A DNA stretch of 64,000 bases from Alphaproteobacteria bacterium (GTDB lineage Bacteria; Pseudomonadota; Alphaproteobacteria; Thalassobaculales; Thalassobaculaceae), in NCBI GenBank assembly GCA_024742275.1, contig JANSYS010000013.1:27704-91703 (forward strand), written 5' to 3'. The position numbers and the translations under genes are program-made. The notes below the pieces were generated by a model. That model did no database searches. It saw nothing but the letters and a program-made list of their open reading frames with translations, and was not told the origin of the DNA. Below are positions 9,755 to 20,232 of the stretch, piece by piece; the first letter of the stretch is position 1, and every line of letters starts with the position of its first letter.

Positions 9755-10075
9755 ATGCATGTGGTGATTTTCGAAGTCGAGCCGAATGACGGCCGGCACG
9801 AGACCTACTTCGAGACCGCCGCGGCGCTCCGGTCCGAGTTGGAGACGGTCGAGGGCTTCATTTCGGTCGAGCGCTTCGAGAGCCTGGTGACGCCCGGCAA
9901 GATCCTCTCGCTCTCCACCTGGGAGGACGAGGCGGCGATCCGGCGCTGGCGCGAGCGCTCGGCCCACTACGCCGCGCAGACGGCCGGCCGGGACAGCCTG
10001 TTCGAGCGCTACCGGATCCGTGTCGCCGAGGTGGTTCGCGACTACGACCGCGACACTTCGCCCTGGCGCGGGTGA
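9755..10075 (+). CDS. Antibiotic-biosynthesis-monooxygenase (ABM) domain protein
   Basis: 106 aa. A ferredoxin-like ABM pattern (FISVERFESL...W.DE.A...W) follows the oxidase gene closely. Confidence 0.7.
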   Translation: MHVVIFEVEPNDGRHETYFETAAALRSELETVEGFISVERFESLVTPGKILSLSTWEDEAAIRRWRERSAHYAAQTAGRDSLFERYRIRVAEVVRDYDRDTSPWRG

Positions 10076-10127
10076 GCCATCGGAGAATCGCCTTTCCTTT
10101 CCGCCGCGGCGGCTTATCTATCGGGCT

Positions 10128-11486
10128 ATGAGCGACATCGATTCCGAACGCAATTCGTTGGGTGGGCGCGTCCGCCGCTACGCCCGAGTCAGCACCGCCG
10201 TCGGCGGCCTCGCGGCCCGGTTGGCGGGCGAGCGCTATCTCGGCCTTTCCGTCGACAAGGCGGAGCATGCGGCCGATCTGAAGGCGGCGCTCGGCGGCCT
10301 CAAGGGGCCGCTGATGAAGGTCGCCCAGATTCTCTCCACCGTCCCGGACGCGCTACCGAAGGAGTATGTCGACGAGCTGGCGCACCTGCAGGCGAACGCG
10401 CCGGCCATGGGCTGGCCGTTCGTGAAACGGCGGATGACGACCGAACTCGGACCCGGCTGGCAATCCCGGTTCGCCGAGTTCGAGCGAGAGGCGGTGTCGG
10501 CCGCGTCCCTCGGGCAGGTCCACCGGGCCACGCTGCACGACGGACGGGCGGCGGCGGTGAAACTGCAATACCCCGACATGGCCTCGGCGGTCGAAGCCGA
10601 CCTGCGTCAACTCGACTGGGTCTTCAAGCTGTACCGGCGCTACGATTCGGCGATCGACCCGTCGCTGATCCATACCGAGCTGTCGGCCCGGCTGCGCGAG
10701 GAGTTGGACTACGGCCGCGAGGCGCTGCACATGGCGCTCTACCGCCATATGCTGGCGGACGAGCCGGGCGTTCATGTGCCCGACGTGGTCGACGAGCTGT
10801 CCACTAACCGGCTCATCACCATGACCTGGCTGGACGGCACGCCGTTCATGAGGTTTCTGGAGGAACACCCGGACATCGAGACCCGAAACAGGGTCGCCCA
10901 CAACATGTTCCGCACTTGGTATGTGCCGTTCTATTTCTCAGGTGTGATCCATGGCGACCCGCATCTCGGCAACTACACGATCCGGGAGGACGGCACGATC
11001 AACCTGCTGGACTTCGGCTGCATCCGCGTGTTTCACCCGCCGTTCGTGAAGGGGGTGATCGACCTGTATCGGGCGCTGCGCGACAACGACGAGGAACTGG
11101 CGGTCGAGGCTTATGCGAGCTGGGGCTTCACTGATCTCGATCGCGAGACCATCGACGTGCTGAACGTCTGGGCGCGCTTCCTCTACGGTCCGCTGATGGA
11201 GGACCGGGTCCGCAAGATCCAGGAGAGCGGGTCCGGGCTCTACGGCCGCGAGATCGCCGAGAAGGTGCATGGCGAGCTGAAGCGGTTGAACGGCGTGCGT
11301 CCGCCTCGGGAGTTCGTGCTGATGGACCGCGCGGCGCTGGGACTCGGCTCCGTCTTCATGCACCTCAAGGCGGAGGTGAACTGGTACCGGCTGTTCCACG
11401 AACTGATCGGCGAGTTCGACGTCGACGCCCTCGCCGCACGCCAGCAGGCGGCGCTGGAAGCGGTCGGATTGGATCGGCCGGAGTAG
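10128..11486 (+). CDS. ABC1/UbiB-family atypical protein kinase
   Basis: ABC1 motifs SAASLGQVHRA and AVKLQYPD plus the kinase-like HGDPHLGN. Start taken at MSDIDSERN; the track ORF is over-extended. Confidence 0.85.
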   Translation: MSDIDSERNSLGGRVRRYARVSTAVGGLAARLAGERYLGLSVDKAEHAADLKAALGGLKGPLMKVAQILSTVPDALPKEYVDELAHLQANAPAMGWPFVKRRMTTELGPGWQSRFAEFEREAVSAASLGQVHRATLHDGRAAAVKLQYPDMASAVEADLRQLDWVFKLYRRYDSAIDPSLIHTELSARLREELDYGREALHMALYRHMLADEPGVHVPDVVDELSTNRLITMTWLDGTPFMRFLEEHPDIETRNRVAHNMFRTWYVPFYFSGVIHGDPHLGNYTIREDGTINLLDFGCIRVFHPPFVKGVIDLYRALRDNDEELAVEAYASWGFTDLDRETIDVLNVWARFLYGPLMEDRVRKIQESGSGLYGREIAEKVHGELKRLNGVRPPREFVLMDRAALGLGSVFMHLKAEVNWYRLFHELIGEFDVDALAARQQAALEAVGLDRPE

Positions 11487-11528
11487 CGGCGCGTCGGTGG
11501 AAGATCCCGGCGCCCGACAGCACCCCCG

Positions 11529-12488
11529 TCAGTACCCCCGGCCCAGATCAACCAGCCCGGTCGGTGTTCCACCCGTGCGGATCCGCCGGATGTTCTCGGC
11601 GAAGACGATGGAGGCGGTCGAGGGATTCACCTCGGCGGCGATATGCGGGGTGATGTAGATCCGCTCGTCGTCCCAGAACGGGTGGTCGGACGGCAGCGGC
11701 TCCTGACGGAAGACGTCGAGTGCCGCGGCGGACAGACGACCGCTGTCCAGAGCCGGTATCAAATCCTCCTCGACCAGATGGCCGCCGCGGCCGACGTTCA
11801 CGAGGAATGCCCCTTTCGGCAGCTTGGCGAACAGGTCTGACCCAAGGATTCCCTCGGTCTGCGTCGTCAGCGGCAGCAGACAGACCACCACGTTGGAGCG
11901 GGTCAGCAGGTCGTCCAAAGCCGCGGGACCGGAGACCGATGCCACGCCGCCCACTGCGCGCGGCGAGCGCGTCCAGCCCGTGCTCCTGATTTCCAGCGCC
12001 GTCAGCGCCCGGCTCAGATGCTCCCCAAGGGTGCCGAGGCCGAGAATGGCGACATGCAGATGACGATGATCGAACGCCTCGCTCATCGGCCAATGATGCT
12101 CGGTCTTGTAGCCCTCGAACTTGTCGGCCTGGCGGTGCCAGCGGAGGATCTGCATGACGATGTGGTGGGTCATCGACGTCGCCATGAACGGGTCGATGAG
12201 CCGGGCGATCGGAACGTGGCCGGGGCGATCCGGGTCTTCCAGAATGTGGTCGACGCCGGCGCCGATCGACTGGACCAGCTGCAGGTTCGGGAAGCGCGCC
12301 AACACACCGTGCGGCAGGCGCCAGGAAATCGACACGTCGACACGCGCAAGGTCGTCGCCGGCAATCTCCAGCGCCGGGCGGGCGTCCACTCCCGGCATTT
12401 CCTCCTTGAGTGCCGCAACCCAGGCGGACGGGCCGTCGCCGGTGCTGTGGACGGCGACAATCGGGTTCTCCGGTGTTGCTGCGCCCAT
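11529..12488 (-). CDS. D-2-hydroxyacid dehydrogenase (glyoxylate/hydroxypyruvate reductase A-like)
   Basis: NAD-binding ILGLGTLG, VNVGRGGHLVEEDL and AALDVFRQEPLP...HPFW motifs. Confidence 0.85.
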   Translation of the reverse strand: MGAATPENPIVAVHSTGDGPSAWVAALKEEMPGVDARPALEIAGDDLARVDVSISWRLPHGVLARFPNLQLVQSIGAGVDHILEDPDRPGHVPIARLIDPFMATSMTHHIVMQILRWHRQADKFEGYKTEHHWPMSEAFDHRHLHVAILGLGTLGEHLSRALTALEIRSTGWTRSPRAVGGVASVSGPAALDDLLTRSNVVVCLLPLTTQTEGILGSDLFAKLPKGAFLVNVGRGGHLVEEDLIPALDSGRLSAAALDVFRQEPLPSDHPFWDDERIYITPHIAAEVNPSTASIVFAENIRRIRTGGTPTGLVDLGRGY

Positions 12489-13426
12489 CAGTACTTCCGC
12501 TCGCGGCTGACGGTGTTCACCGGCTGCTCACCGGCGAAGATCCGACGGATGTTCTCGGCGACCTGGTCGGCGCCGCTCTCGGCGTTGGTCTGGGCCGAGA
12601 CGTGCGGCCAGACCTGCACCTTCGGATGATCCCAGAACGGGTGATCGGCGGGCAGCGGTTCGGTGCGGAACACGTCCAGCGCGGCGCCGGCGATGTGGCC
12701 ATTGTCGAGCGCTGCCAGCAAGTCTTCCTCCACGAGCTGAGCGCCCCGCCCCGAATTCACCACGAAGGCGCCCTTCGGCAGCTTGGCGAGGGTTCCCGCG
12801 TCGATGATGTCCGTCGTCTCGGGAGTTAGCGGCAGCAGGCAGCAGAGGATATCGGTCCGGGCGAGGAAGGCATCGAACTCCGCCTCGCCAGCGAAACTCC
12901 GCACACCCTCGATCTCCTTGCGCGTCCGCGACCAGCCGGCAACGTCGAAGCCGAGGGCGGCGATCGTCGTCGCCGCCTGTGCGCCGAGCGCGCCGAGACC
13001 GAGGATGCCGATCCTGCGGGTCGATGTCTCAGGCGCCGGCAGCTTGGCCCAACGCTTCTCGCGCTGGAACTGCTCGTACTCCATGCCTTGCCGGTGGAAA
13101 CGCAGCACTTGGAGGAGCACCCATTCCGCCATCGCCTGGGCCATCCAAGGGTCGACGATGCGCAATATGTGCGCGCCCTCGGGCAGGTTCGGTTCGGCGA
13201 AGATGTGATCGACGCCCTGGCCGAGCGAACAGATCGCCTTGAGGTTCGTCATGCCCTGATACGCGCCGGCCGGCGCCTTCCAGACCAGAGCAAAGCCGAT
13301 GTCCTCCGGGTCGCCGATGTCCGGCCAGACGCGGAAGTCGAGGTCCGGGATGCGCTTGGTCAGGGCCTCGCGCCACTGGTCTGGGCTGTCGTTGTCGGTG
13401 CGGAACAGGACGGCGGGCATGGGCAT
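12488..13426 (-). CDS. D-2-hydroxyacid dehydrogenase (GhrA-like), tandem paralog
   Basis: Same motif set (ILGLGALG, NSGRGAQLVEEDL, AALDVFRTEPLPADHPFW). Its stop overlaps the downstream paralog's start by 1 nt. Confidence 0.85.
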   Translation of the reverse strand: MPMPAVLFRTDNDSPDQWREALTKRIPDLDFRVWPDIGDPEDIGFALVWKAPAGAYQGMTNLKAICSLGQGVDHIFAEPNLPEGAHILRIVDPWMAQAMAEWVLLQVLRFHRQGMEYEQFQREKRWAKLPAPETSTRRIGILGLGALGAQAATTIAALGFDVAGWSRTRKEIEGVRSFAGEAEFDAFLARTDILCCLLPLTPETTDIIDAGTLAKLPKGAFVVNSGRGAQLVEEDLLAALDNGHIAGAALDVFRTEPLPADHPFWDHPKVQVWPHVSAQTNAESGADQVAENIRRIFAGEQPVNTVSRERKY

Positions 13427-13531
13427 TCCTTCGAAGTCGGCCGTGGAGCCTGCGGGCTGGATGCAGCGAGACTAAGGACGACGGCCGGATCTGTCGACGG
13501 TCGTGGTGCGGTGCAGCGCCGGTGCCGGAGG

Positions 13532-15184
13532 CTAGGTCCTGACCGCCCCGTCCTCCCGTACATCGAGGTTGAAGGCGGCCGCCATCAGCGCCTTCGTGTA
13601 GTCGCGCTTCGGCGCGTCCATCACCTGCGCCGTCGGGCCGTGCTCCACCACCATGCCGTCGCGCATCACGTAGACCCTGTGGGACATGGCGCGGACCACC
13701 TTGAGGTCGTGGCTGATAAACAGGTAGGCGAGGCCGTGGGACCGCTGCAGGTCGCGCAGCAGCTCGACGATCTGCGCCTGGACGCTCATGTCCAGCGCCG
13801 AGGTCGGTTCGTCCAGGATGACGAGTTTCGGGCGCAGCACCATGGCGCGGGCGATGGAGATCCGCTGGCGCTGGCCGCCGGAGAACTCGTGCGGGTAGCG
13901 GTCGCGGACAGCCGGATCGAGCCCCACTTCCCGCAGGACCTCGTTGATCCGCCGGTCTTTATCCGCCTCGCTGTTCAGACCGAGTTCGGACAGGTCGTGG
14001 ACGCCCATGCCCTCGCCGACGATCTCGGCGATCGAGAGGCGCGGTGACAAACTGCCATAGGGGTCCTGAAAAACGATCTGCATGTCGCGGCGCAGGGCGC
14101 GCAGCTCGCGCTTGCCCATGCCCTGCACCTCGCGGCCGAGAAACGTAACCCGGCCGGTGCAGGACTGCAGCCGCAGGATCGCCATGGCGAGCGTGGTCTT
14201 GCCGGAACCGGACTCGCCGACGATGCCGACGGTCTCGCCTTCCTTCACGCCGACGGTCACCCCGTCGACCGCCTTCACATGACCGACGGTCTTCTTGAGG
14301 AAGCCGCGCTGGATCGGAAACCAGACACGGACGTCCGACGCCTGAAGTACGGTTCCGGCCCGCTCCGCCACCGGCTCCGGCGCGCCCTTGGGCTCCGCCG
14401 CCAGAAGTCTCTGCGTATAGGGGTGCTCCGGCGCGGTGAACACCCGCTCCGTGTCGCCATGCTCGACGATCTGGCCATCGGTCATGACGCAGACCCGGTC
14501 CGCTACCTTGCGGACGATGCCGAGGTCGTGGGTGATCAACAGCATGGCCATGCCGAGGTCGTGGCGCAGCCTGTCGAGCAGAGCGAGGATCTGCGCCTGG
14601 ATGGTCACGTCCAGGGCCGTGGTCGGCTCGTCGGCGATCAGCAGATCGGGCTCGTTCGCCAACGCCATGGCGATCATCACCCGCTGGCGCTGGCCGCCGG
14701 AGAGTTGGTGCGGGAAGGAGGCGAGACGGCTCTTCGGATCCTTGATACCGACCAGATCCAGGAGTTCAAGAATCCGGGTCCGCGCGGCAGTCCCCTTAAG
14801 CCCCTTGTGCAGGGCGAGGATCTCGCCGATCTGCTTCTCCACACTGTGTAGCGGATTGAGCGAGGTCATCGGCTCCTGGAAGATCATCGCGACCTCGTTG
14901 CCGCGGATCCGCATGAGCGTCCTTTCGTCGGCCCCCATCAGTTCCTCGCCCTTCCAGGTCACGCTCGAGGACTCGTCGTGGCTGGCCAGCGGATAGGGAA
15001 GCAGGCGGACCGTCGACAACGCGGTGACGGACTTGCCGGACCCGGACTCGCCGACGAGAGCCAGGGTCTCGCCCTTGGCGATCTCGAAGGACACCCCGCG
15101 CACCGCCGGGTCGTTTCGTCCGAAGGTGACAGACAGGTCGCGGACCCGAAGAAGCGGGGATGGGCGTTGAGAGGTATCCGGCAT
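13532..15184 (-). CDS. yejF: ABC transporter ATP-binding protein with two ATPase domains (YejF-type peptide/microcin C uptake)
   Basis: Two Walker A motifs (GESGSGKS twice) and two LSGGQRQR signatures. True start is the ATG at 15184 (MPDTSQRPSPLLRV). The 874-aa track ORF runs on into yejE in another frame. Confidence 0.9.
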   Translation of the reverse strand: MPDTSQRPSPLLRVRDLSVTFGRNDPAVRGVSFEIAKGETLALVGESGSGKSVTALSTVRLLPYPLASHDESSSVTWKGEELMGADERTLMRIRGNEVAMIFQEPMTSLNPLHSVEKQIGEILALHKGLKGTAARTRILELLDLVGIKDPKSRLASFPHQLSGGQRQRVMIAMALANEPDLLIADEPTTALDVTIQAQILALLDRLRHDLGMAMLLITHDLGIVRKVADRVCVMTDGQIVEHGDTERVFTAPEHPYTQRLLAAEPKGAPEPVAERAGTVLQASDVRVWFPIQRGFLKKTVGHVKAVDGVTVGVKEGETVGIVGESGSGKTTLAMAILRLQSCTGRVTFLGREVQGMGKRELRALRRDMQIVFQDPYGSLSPRLSIAEIVGEGMGVHDLSELGLNSEADKDRRINEVLREVGLDPAVRDRYPHEFSGGQRQRISIARAMVLRPKLVILDEPTSALDMSVQAQIVELLRDLQRSHGLAYLFISHDLKVVRAMSHRVYVMRDGMVVEHGPTAQVMDAPKRDYTKALMAAAFNLDVREDGAVRT

Positions 15185-15189
15185 CGCGC

Positions 15190-16290
15190 TCACGTGGTGA
15201 AGGTCTTGCGCGGGTCGAAGGCGTCTCGCACCGCCTCGCCGACGAAGATCAGCAGACTGAGCATGATGGCGAGGGTGAAGAAGGCGGTCAGACCGAGCCA
15301 CGGCGCCTGCAGGTTCTGCTTGCCCTGATTGAGGAGCTCGCCGAGGGACGGCGATCCGGGGGGCAAACCGAAGCCCAGGAAGTCGAGCCCCGTGAGCGCG
15401 GTGATCGACCCGTTGAGAATGAACGGCAGGAAGGTTAGGGTCGCCACCATGGCGTTGGGCAGCACATGGCGGCGCATGATCGTGAAGTCGTCGACGCCCA
15501 TCGCGCGGGCGGCTCGGACGTAGTCGAAGTTGCGGGCGCGCAGGAACTCGGCCCGCACCACGCCGACGAGTTGGGTCCACTGGAACAACAGCAGCAGGAA
15601 AAGCAGCGTCCAGAAGCCGGGCACGATGACCGAGGAGAGGATGATCAGGATGTAGAGGAACGGCATGCCGCCCCAGATCTCGATGAACCGCTGAAAGGCC
15701 AGATCGACCAGACCACCGTAGAAACCCTGCACCGCGCCGGCCGCCACGCCGATCACCGACGCCGCCAGGGTAAGCGCCAGCCCGAAGAGGATGGAGATCC
15801 GGAAACCGTGAATCACCCGCGCCGTCACGTCGCGCGCCTGGTCGTCCGTGCCGAGCCAGTGCCGCGCGTCGGGCGGCGAAGGGGCCGGCACCGTCAACTC
15901 CCGGTCGATGGTGTTGTAGGAGTACGGGATCAAGGGCCAGATCATGAAGCCCTTCTCCGCGATGAGGTCCTGGACGAACGGATCCCGATAGTCGGTCTCG
16001 GTCGGGAAGTCGCCGCCGAAGGTGGTCTCCGGATAGGCGGTCGTGATCGGCGTATAGAGCCCGCCGTCGTACATCACCAGCAGCGGCTTGTCGTTGGCGA
16101 TGAGGTCGGCGCCCAGGCTGAGCGTGAACAGCACCAGGAAGATCCAGAAGGACCACCAGCCGCGCCTGTTGGCGCGAAAGTTGTCGAAGCGGCGCCGGTT
16201 GATCGGCGATACGGCGACGCCGAGGATCGTCGGGCGACGCCGGGTGTCCGGGTCGGCGCCGGCTGCGGTGAGGTGCGTCGACGTCTCCAC
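15190..16290 (-). CDS. yejE: ABC transporter permease (YejE-type)
   Basis: Multi-TM BPD-transporter permease located between yejB and yejF. GTG start; the exact start is uncertain. Confidence 0.88.
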   Translation of the reverse strand: METSTHLTAAGADPDTRRRPTILGVAVSPINRRRFDNFRANRRGWWSFWIFLVLFTLSLGADLIANDKPLLVMYDGGLYTPITTAYPETTFGGDFPTETDYRDPFVQDLIAEKGFMIWPLIPYSYNTIDRELTVPAPSPPDARHWLGTDDQARDVTARVIHGFRISILFGLALTLAASVIGVAAGAVQGFYGGLVDLAFQRFIEIWGGMPFLYILIILSSVIVPGFWTLLFLLLLFQWTQLVGVVRAEFLRARNFDYVRAARAMGVDDFTIMRRHVLPNAMVATLTFLPFILNGSITALTGLDFLGFGLPPGSPSLGELLNQGKQNLQAPWLGLTAFFTLAIMLSLLIFVGEAVRDAFDPRKTFTT

Positions 16291-16293
16291 CGC

Positions 16294-17391
16294 TCAGCCC
16301 TCCCGACTCTCGAAATCGATCCGTGGGTCGATGATCGTGTACATCACGTCGCCGAGGAGGTTCAGCAGAAGACCGAGCAGGGTGAAGAAGTACAGCGTCG
16401 CGAAGATCACGGGATAGTCGCGGCTGATCGCCGCCTCGAACCCGAGCAGCCCAAGTCCGTCCAACGAGAAGATGATCTCGACGAACAGCGCGCCGGTGAA
16501 GAGCACGCTGACGAAGGCGCTCGGAAAGCCGGCCACGACGATCAGCATCGCGTTGCGGAACACGTGGCCGTAGAGAACGCTACGCTCGCCCAGACCTTTG
16601 GCCCGCGCCGTCAGCACGTACTGCTTGTTGATCTCGTCCAGGAAAGAGTTCTTGGTCAGCATGGTCAGGCTGGCGAAACCGCCGATGACCATGGCGGTGA
16701 CCGGCAGCACCATGTGCCAGAGATAGTCGAGGATGCGGGCGCCCCAAGTGAGCTCTTCCCAATTGTCCGAGACGAGGCCGCGCAGCGGGAACCACTGCAG
16801 AAAACTGCCGCCCGCGAACAGCACGATCAGCAGCACGGCGAAGAGGAATCCCGGAATCGCGTAGCCGACGATGATCACGCCGCTGGTCCAAACGTCGAAC
16901 GGCGACCCGTCGCGCACCGCCTTGCGGATTCCGAGCGGGATCGAGATCAGGTAGACCAGCAGCGTCGTCCAGATGCCGAGCGAGATCGACACCGGCATTT
17001 TATCCAGCACCAGATCGACCACCGAGCCGCTCTTGAAGAAGCTCTCGCCGAAATCGAAGCGGATGTAGTTGCCGATCATGTCGATGAAGCGTTCGTGCAT
17101 CGGCTTGTCGAAGCCGAACTGCCGTTCCAGACGCTCGATCAGTTCAGGGTCCAGGCCCCGGGCGCCCCGCGTCGCCGCGGAGCCATCCGAACTCACGGCC
17201 GGCGCCTCTCCGGCGCCGCTGGTGTTGCCGCTGATCCGGGCGGTGGCGTCGGTATTCTGCCCTCCGATCTGGGCGATGATCTGGTCGATCGGTCCGCCCG
17301 GCGCAGCCTGCATGATCACGAAGTTCAACACCATGATGGCGAAGAGCGTCGGGATGATCAGCAGCAGGCGTTTCAGGATGTAGGCGGTCAT
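16294..17391 (-). CDS. yejB: ABC transporter permease (YejB-type)
   Basis: [34 protein letters not shown] is a typical DppB/YejB N-terminus. Confidence 0.9.
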   Translation of the reverse strand: MTAYILKRLLLIIPTLFAIMVLNFVIMQAAPGGPIDQIIAQIGGQNTDATARISGNTSGAGEAPAVSSDGSAATRGARGLDPELIERLERQFGFDKPMHERFIDMIGNYIRFDFGESFFKSGSVVDLVLDKMPVSISLGIWTTLLVYLISIPLGIRKAVRDGSPFDVWTSGVIIVGYAIPGFLFAVLLIVLFAGGSFLQWFPLRGLVSDNWEELTWGARILDYLWHMVLPVTAMVIGGFASLTMLTKNSFLDEINKQYVLTARAKGLGERSVLYGHVFRNAMLIVVAGFPSAFVSVLFTGALFVEIIFSLDGLGLLGFEAAISRDYPVIFATLYFFTLLGLLLNLLGDVMYTIIDPRIDFESREG

Positions 17392-17440
17392 TCGGGTCCG
17401 TCCATGCGAGCGTCAATCCGGCCGGGAGTCTGGGACCAGA

Positions 17441-19312
17441 TCACCGTTTGCCTTGGTAGGCGCGCACGGCTGCGGCCTTGTCAGCATTGACCCACCAGGT
17501 GCTGGCGAAGCCGAGGCCGAACGCCGGGGAAACGGCGGGGTGTTCGAACTTGTTCCAGTAGACCAGGCGGAAGTTGTCGCTGTGGAATTGCGGAATGACG
17601 TAGTGGTTCCAGAGCAGCGCCCGGTCGAGCGCCCGGGTCGCCACCGCCAGCTCCTCACGGCTCCCGGCGGCGACGATGTGGCGGATCAAGGCGTCGATGG
17701 CGGGGTTCTTGATGCCCATGATGTTGCGCGAACCGGGACGGTCGGCCAGGGGCGATCCCCAATACTCCCACTGTTCGTTTCCGGGCGACGTGGACTGACC
17801 GAAGCCGGCTGTCGTCATGTCGAAGTCGAAGTCGCGGAGCCGGTTCTGGTACTGCACCGGATCGATGAGCCGCGGCGTGGCCCGGACGCCGATCTTCTCA
17901 AGATTGTCGATGAACGGCAGCACGAGGCGCTCGCTGCTCGCCTGGCTCATGAGGATCTCGAACTCCAGCTTCAGATCGCCCTTTGTCATGACCCCGTCCT
18001 GGAGCGACCAACCGGCATCGCGCAGCAGTTTAAGCGCGGTCCGCAGGTTGCGCCGGTCGCTGCCCGATCCGTCGCTGACCGGCGCGGAATAGGGCTCGGT
18101 GAAGACCTCGGGAGGAAGCTGGTCGCGCAGAGGTTCCAGGAGCGCGAGTTCTTCCGGGCCCGGCAGCCCGGAGGACGCGAGGCCGGTATTGGTGAAGAAG
18201 CTGTTTGTCCGACTGTAGGCGCCGTACATCAGCGTCTGGTTGGTCCATTCGAAGTCGAAGGCGTAGCCAAGCGCCTCCCGCACGACCCGGTCCTGAAAGA
18301 TCGGCTTGCGCAGGTTGAAGACGAAGCCCTGGAGGCCCCCGGAGGCGTTGTTGGGAATCTCTTCCTTGACGACCATGCCGGCCTCGAGCGCCGGGAACTC
18401 ATAGGCTGTGGCCCATCGCTTCGCCGAATTCTCCGCCCGGAAATCGAAAGCGCCCGCCTTGAAGGCTTCCGTGGCGACCTCGCGGTCCCGAAACACCTCG
18501 TAGACGATACGGTCGATGTTGTAGCGCCCGCGATTCACGGGAATGTCCGCGCCCCAGTAGTCCTCGACACGCTCGTAGGCGATCCGGCGGCCGAACTCGA
18601 AGCTCTCGATCTTGTAGGGGCCGGAGCCGACCGGCGGCTCTGTGAGCGGCTCGGCGAAGTCGCGGCCGTCCCAGAAATGCTTGGGGAGCACTGGCAACTG
18701 GCCGAGGATGAGCGGTAGCTCTTTGTTCTCGTTGGTTTTGAAAATGAACAGGACGCGCCGCTCGTCGGTGGCCCGGACCTCCTGCACGTCGCCCCAATAG
18801 GACGCGTAGAGTGGCGATCCCTTCTCGACCAGGGTGTTGAAGGACCACACGACGTCCTCCGCCGTCACCGGCATGCCGTCGTGGAACCGGGCGTTTGGGT
18901 CGAGGTTGAAGGCGATCCAGGAGCGGTCCTCGGGGACCTCGACCGTCTTCGCCAACCGTCCGTACTTCGCGAACGGTTCATCCTCCGAGCGTTCCAGTAG
19001 AGACTCGAAGATCAGGTTCGACTCGAGAAGGCTCAGACCGGCCGCAGGCGTACCCCGCAGAATGTACGGGTTGAAATTGTCGAAAGCGCCCCCGGCTTCG
19101 AGCGTCAGCGTTCCGCCTTTCGGCGCCTGCGCATTCACATAGTCGAACTGTTCGAAGTCCGGCCCGTACTTGAGGACACTGAACATCGCGATGCCGTGGC
19201 GCGGCTCGGCGGCGTATTCCGTCGCGGCGGCGGCCGGGAGCGGCGCGACAAAGGACGCGATTGCGGAGGTCGTCGCGATGGCCACTGTGGCGGCGAAGCG
19301 GGCTATCGTCAT
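17441..19312 (-). CDS. yejA: Extracellular solute-binding protein family 5 (YejA-type)
   Basis: Signal peptide followed by a roughly 600-aa SBP_bac_5 architecture. It is the first gene of the yejABEF operon. Confidence 0.88.
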   Translation of the reverse strand: MTIARFAATVAIATTSAIASFVAPLPAAAATEYAAEPRHGIAMFSVLKYGPDFEQFDYVNAQAPKGGTLTLEAGGAFDNFNPYILRGTPAAGLSLLESNLIFESLLERSEDEPFAKYGRLAKTVEVPEDRSWIAFNLDPNARFHDGMPVTAEDVVWSFNTLVEKGSPLYASYWGDVQEVRATDERRVLFIFKTNENKELPLILGQLPVLPKHFWDGRDFAEPLTEPPVGSGPYKIESFEFGRRIAYERVEDYWGADIPVNRGRYNIDRIVYEVFRDREVATEAFKAGAFDFRAENSAKRWATAYEFPALEAGMVVKEEIPNNASGGLQGFVFNLRKPIFQDRVVREALGYAFDFEWTNQTLMYGAYSRTNSFFTNTGLASSGLPGPEELALLEPLRDQLPPEVFTEPYSAPVSDGSGSDRRNLRTALKLLRDAGWSLQDGVMTKGDLKLEFEILMSQASSERLVLPFIDNLEKIGVRATPRLIDPVQYQNRLRDFDFDMTTAGFGQSTSPGNEQWEYWGSPLADRPGSRNIMGIKNPAIDALIRHIVAAGSREELAVATRALDRALLWNHYVIPQFHSDNFRLVYWNKFEHPAVSPAFGLGFASTWWVNADKAAAVRAYQGKR

Positions 19313-19414
19313 CGAACAGTCTCTCCCCTATGTCGGCTTGGCGCTCACCAATAACAACGTGCTCTTGGCGGAAACATGGCAGCTCGATGGCTAAAGTCGA
19401 GCGCCGGGCGCAGA

Positions 19415-20194
19415 TCAGGCTGAGAGAATGGCGATCGCAGCGGCATGCAGGGCGGGGTTCCGGGCTGCGACGATCCGGGTGGTGGAGCCGAGTGCCACCG
19501 GTGCGCCGCTCCAATCGGTCAGGATGCCGCCGGCGCCGGCGATCACGGCGGCCGGTGCCAGGTAGTCGTAGTCGCTGAGCGCGGACTCGACCACAAGATC
19601 GATGGTGCCGAGCGCCAGCAGACCGAAATTGTGACAGTCGCCGCTGAACAGGGTCAGGCCGCAGGCCTGTTTCAGGGCGGCGAAGCGCGGCGCTTCGTCC
19701 GCGTCGAACATGTCCGGCGAGGTCGCGGTCAGGATCGCTTTATCCAAAGGCTTGGTGACCGGCGCCATGAGCGGGCCGCCGTTCAGCAGGGTCCCGATGT
19801 CTGGACCGCCGATCCAACGCTCGTCCAGGATCGGACAGTCGATCAGGCCGAGCACCGGGACACCGTTGCGCAGCAGGCCGATCAGCGTGCCGAAGGTGGG
19901 TCGGCCGGTGATGAAGGCTTTTGTCCCGTCGATCGGATCGAGGGACCATACGTACTCGACGTCCAGATTCTTGGGTCCGAATTCTTCGCCGGCGATTCCG
20001 TGATCCGGAAACCGTTTCTCGATCAGTTCCCGCAGGGTCTTCTCCACCGTCCGGTCGGCGACCGTGACGGGGCTGTCGTCGGCCTTGATGTCGACGAACA
20101 CACCTGTACGGAAGTATTCCCGAATGATCGGCCGCGCGGCGTCCGCCAGTTCGGCGGCGAACGCGGACGCGTCGTCGATGGAGAGATCGGTCAT
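19415..20194 (-). CDS. Inositol monophosphatase family protein (possibly histidinol-phosphatase HisN)
   Basis: IMPase motifs DSPVTVADR and WSLDPIDGTKAF. Confidence 0.8.
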   Translation of the reverse strand: MTDLSIDDASAFAAELADAARPIIREYFRTGVFVDIKADDSPVTVADRTVEKTLRELIEKRFPDHGIAGEEFGPKNLDVEYVWSLDPIDGTKAFITGRPTFGTLIGLLRNGVPVLGLIDCPILDERWIGGPDIGTLLNGGPLMAPVTKPLDKAILTATSPDMFDADEAPRFAALKQACGLTLFSGDCHNFGLLALGTIDLVVESALSDYDYLAPAAVIAGAGGILTDWSGAPVALGSTTRIVAARNPALHAAAIAILSA

Positions 20195-20232
20195 GCCGGG
20201 TGACCGGGCGCGCGGTTCAGACGCGCCTCAGG

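Noticed and set aside
13532-16156. Reading the 874-aa track ORF as one giant ABC protein
   Set aside because: The first 320 or so residues are an out-of-frame read through yejE (Arg/Pro/His-rich). A canonical start, MPDTSQRPSPLLRV, at 15184 gives a normal 551-aa double-ATPase YejF. The same over-extension logic applies to the track ORFs for pheA, kdsB, fhuB, fhuC, truA, the FAD oxidase and the ABC1 kinase.
15466-17490. 674-aa plus-strand ORF
   Set aside because: It is antisense to yejE and yejB. Its composition is low-complexity and charged (runs of R, D, E, H, Q), so it is a shadow ORF.
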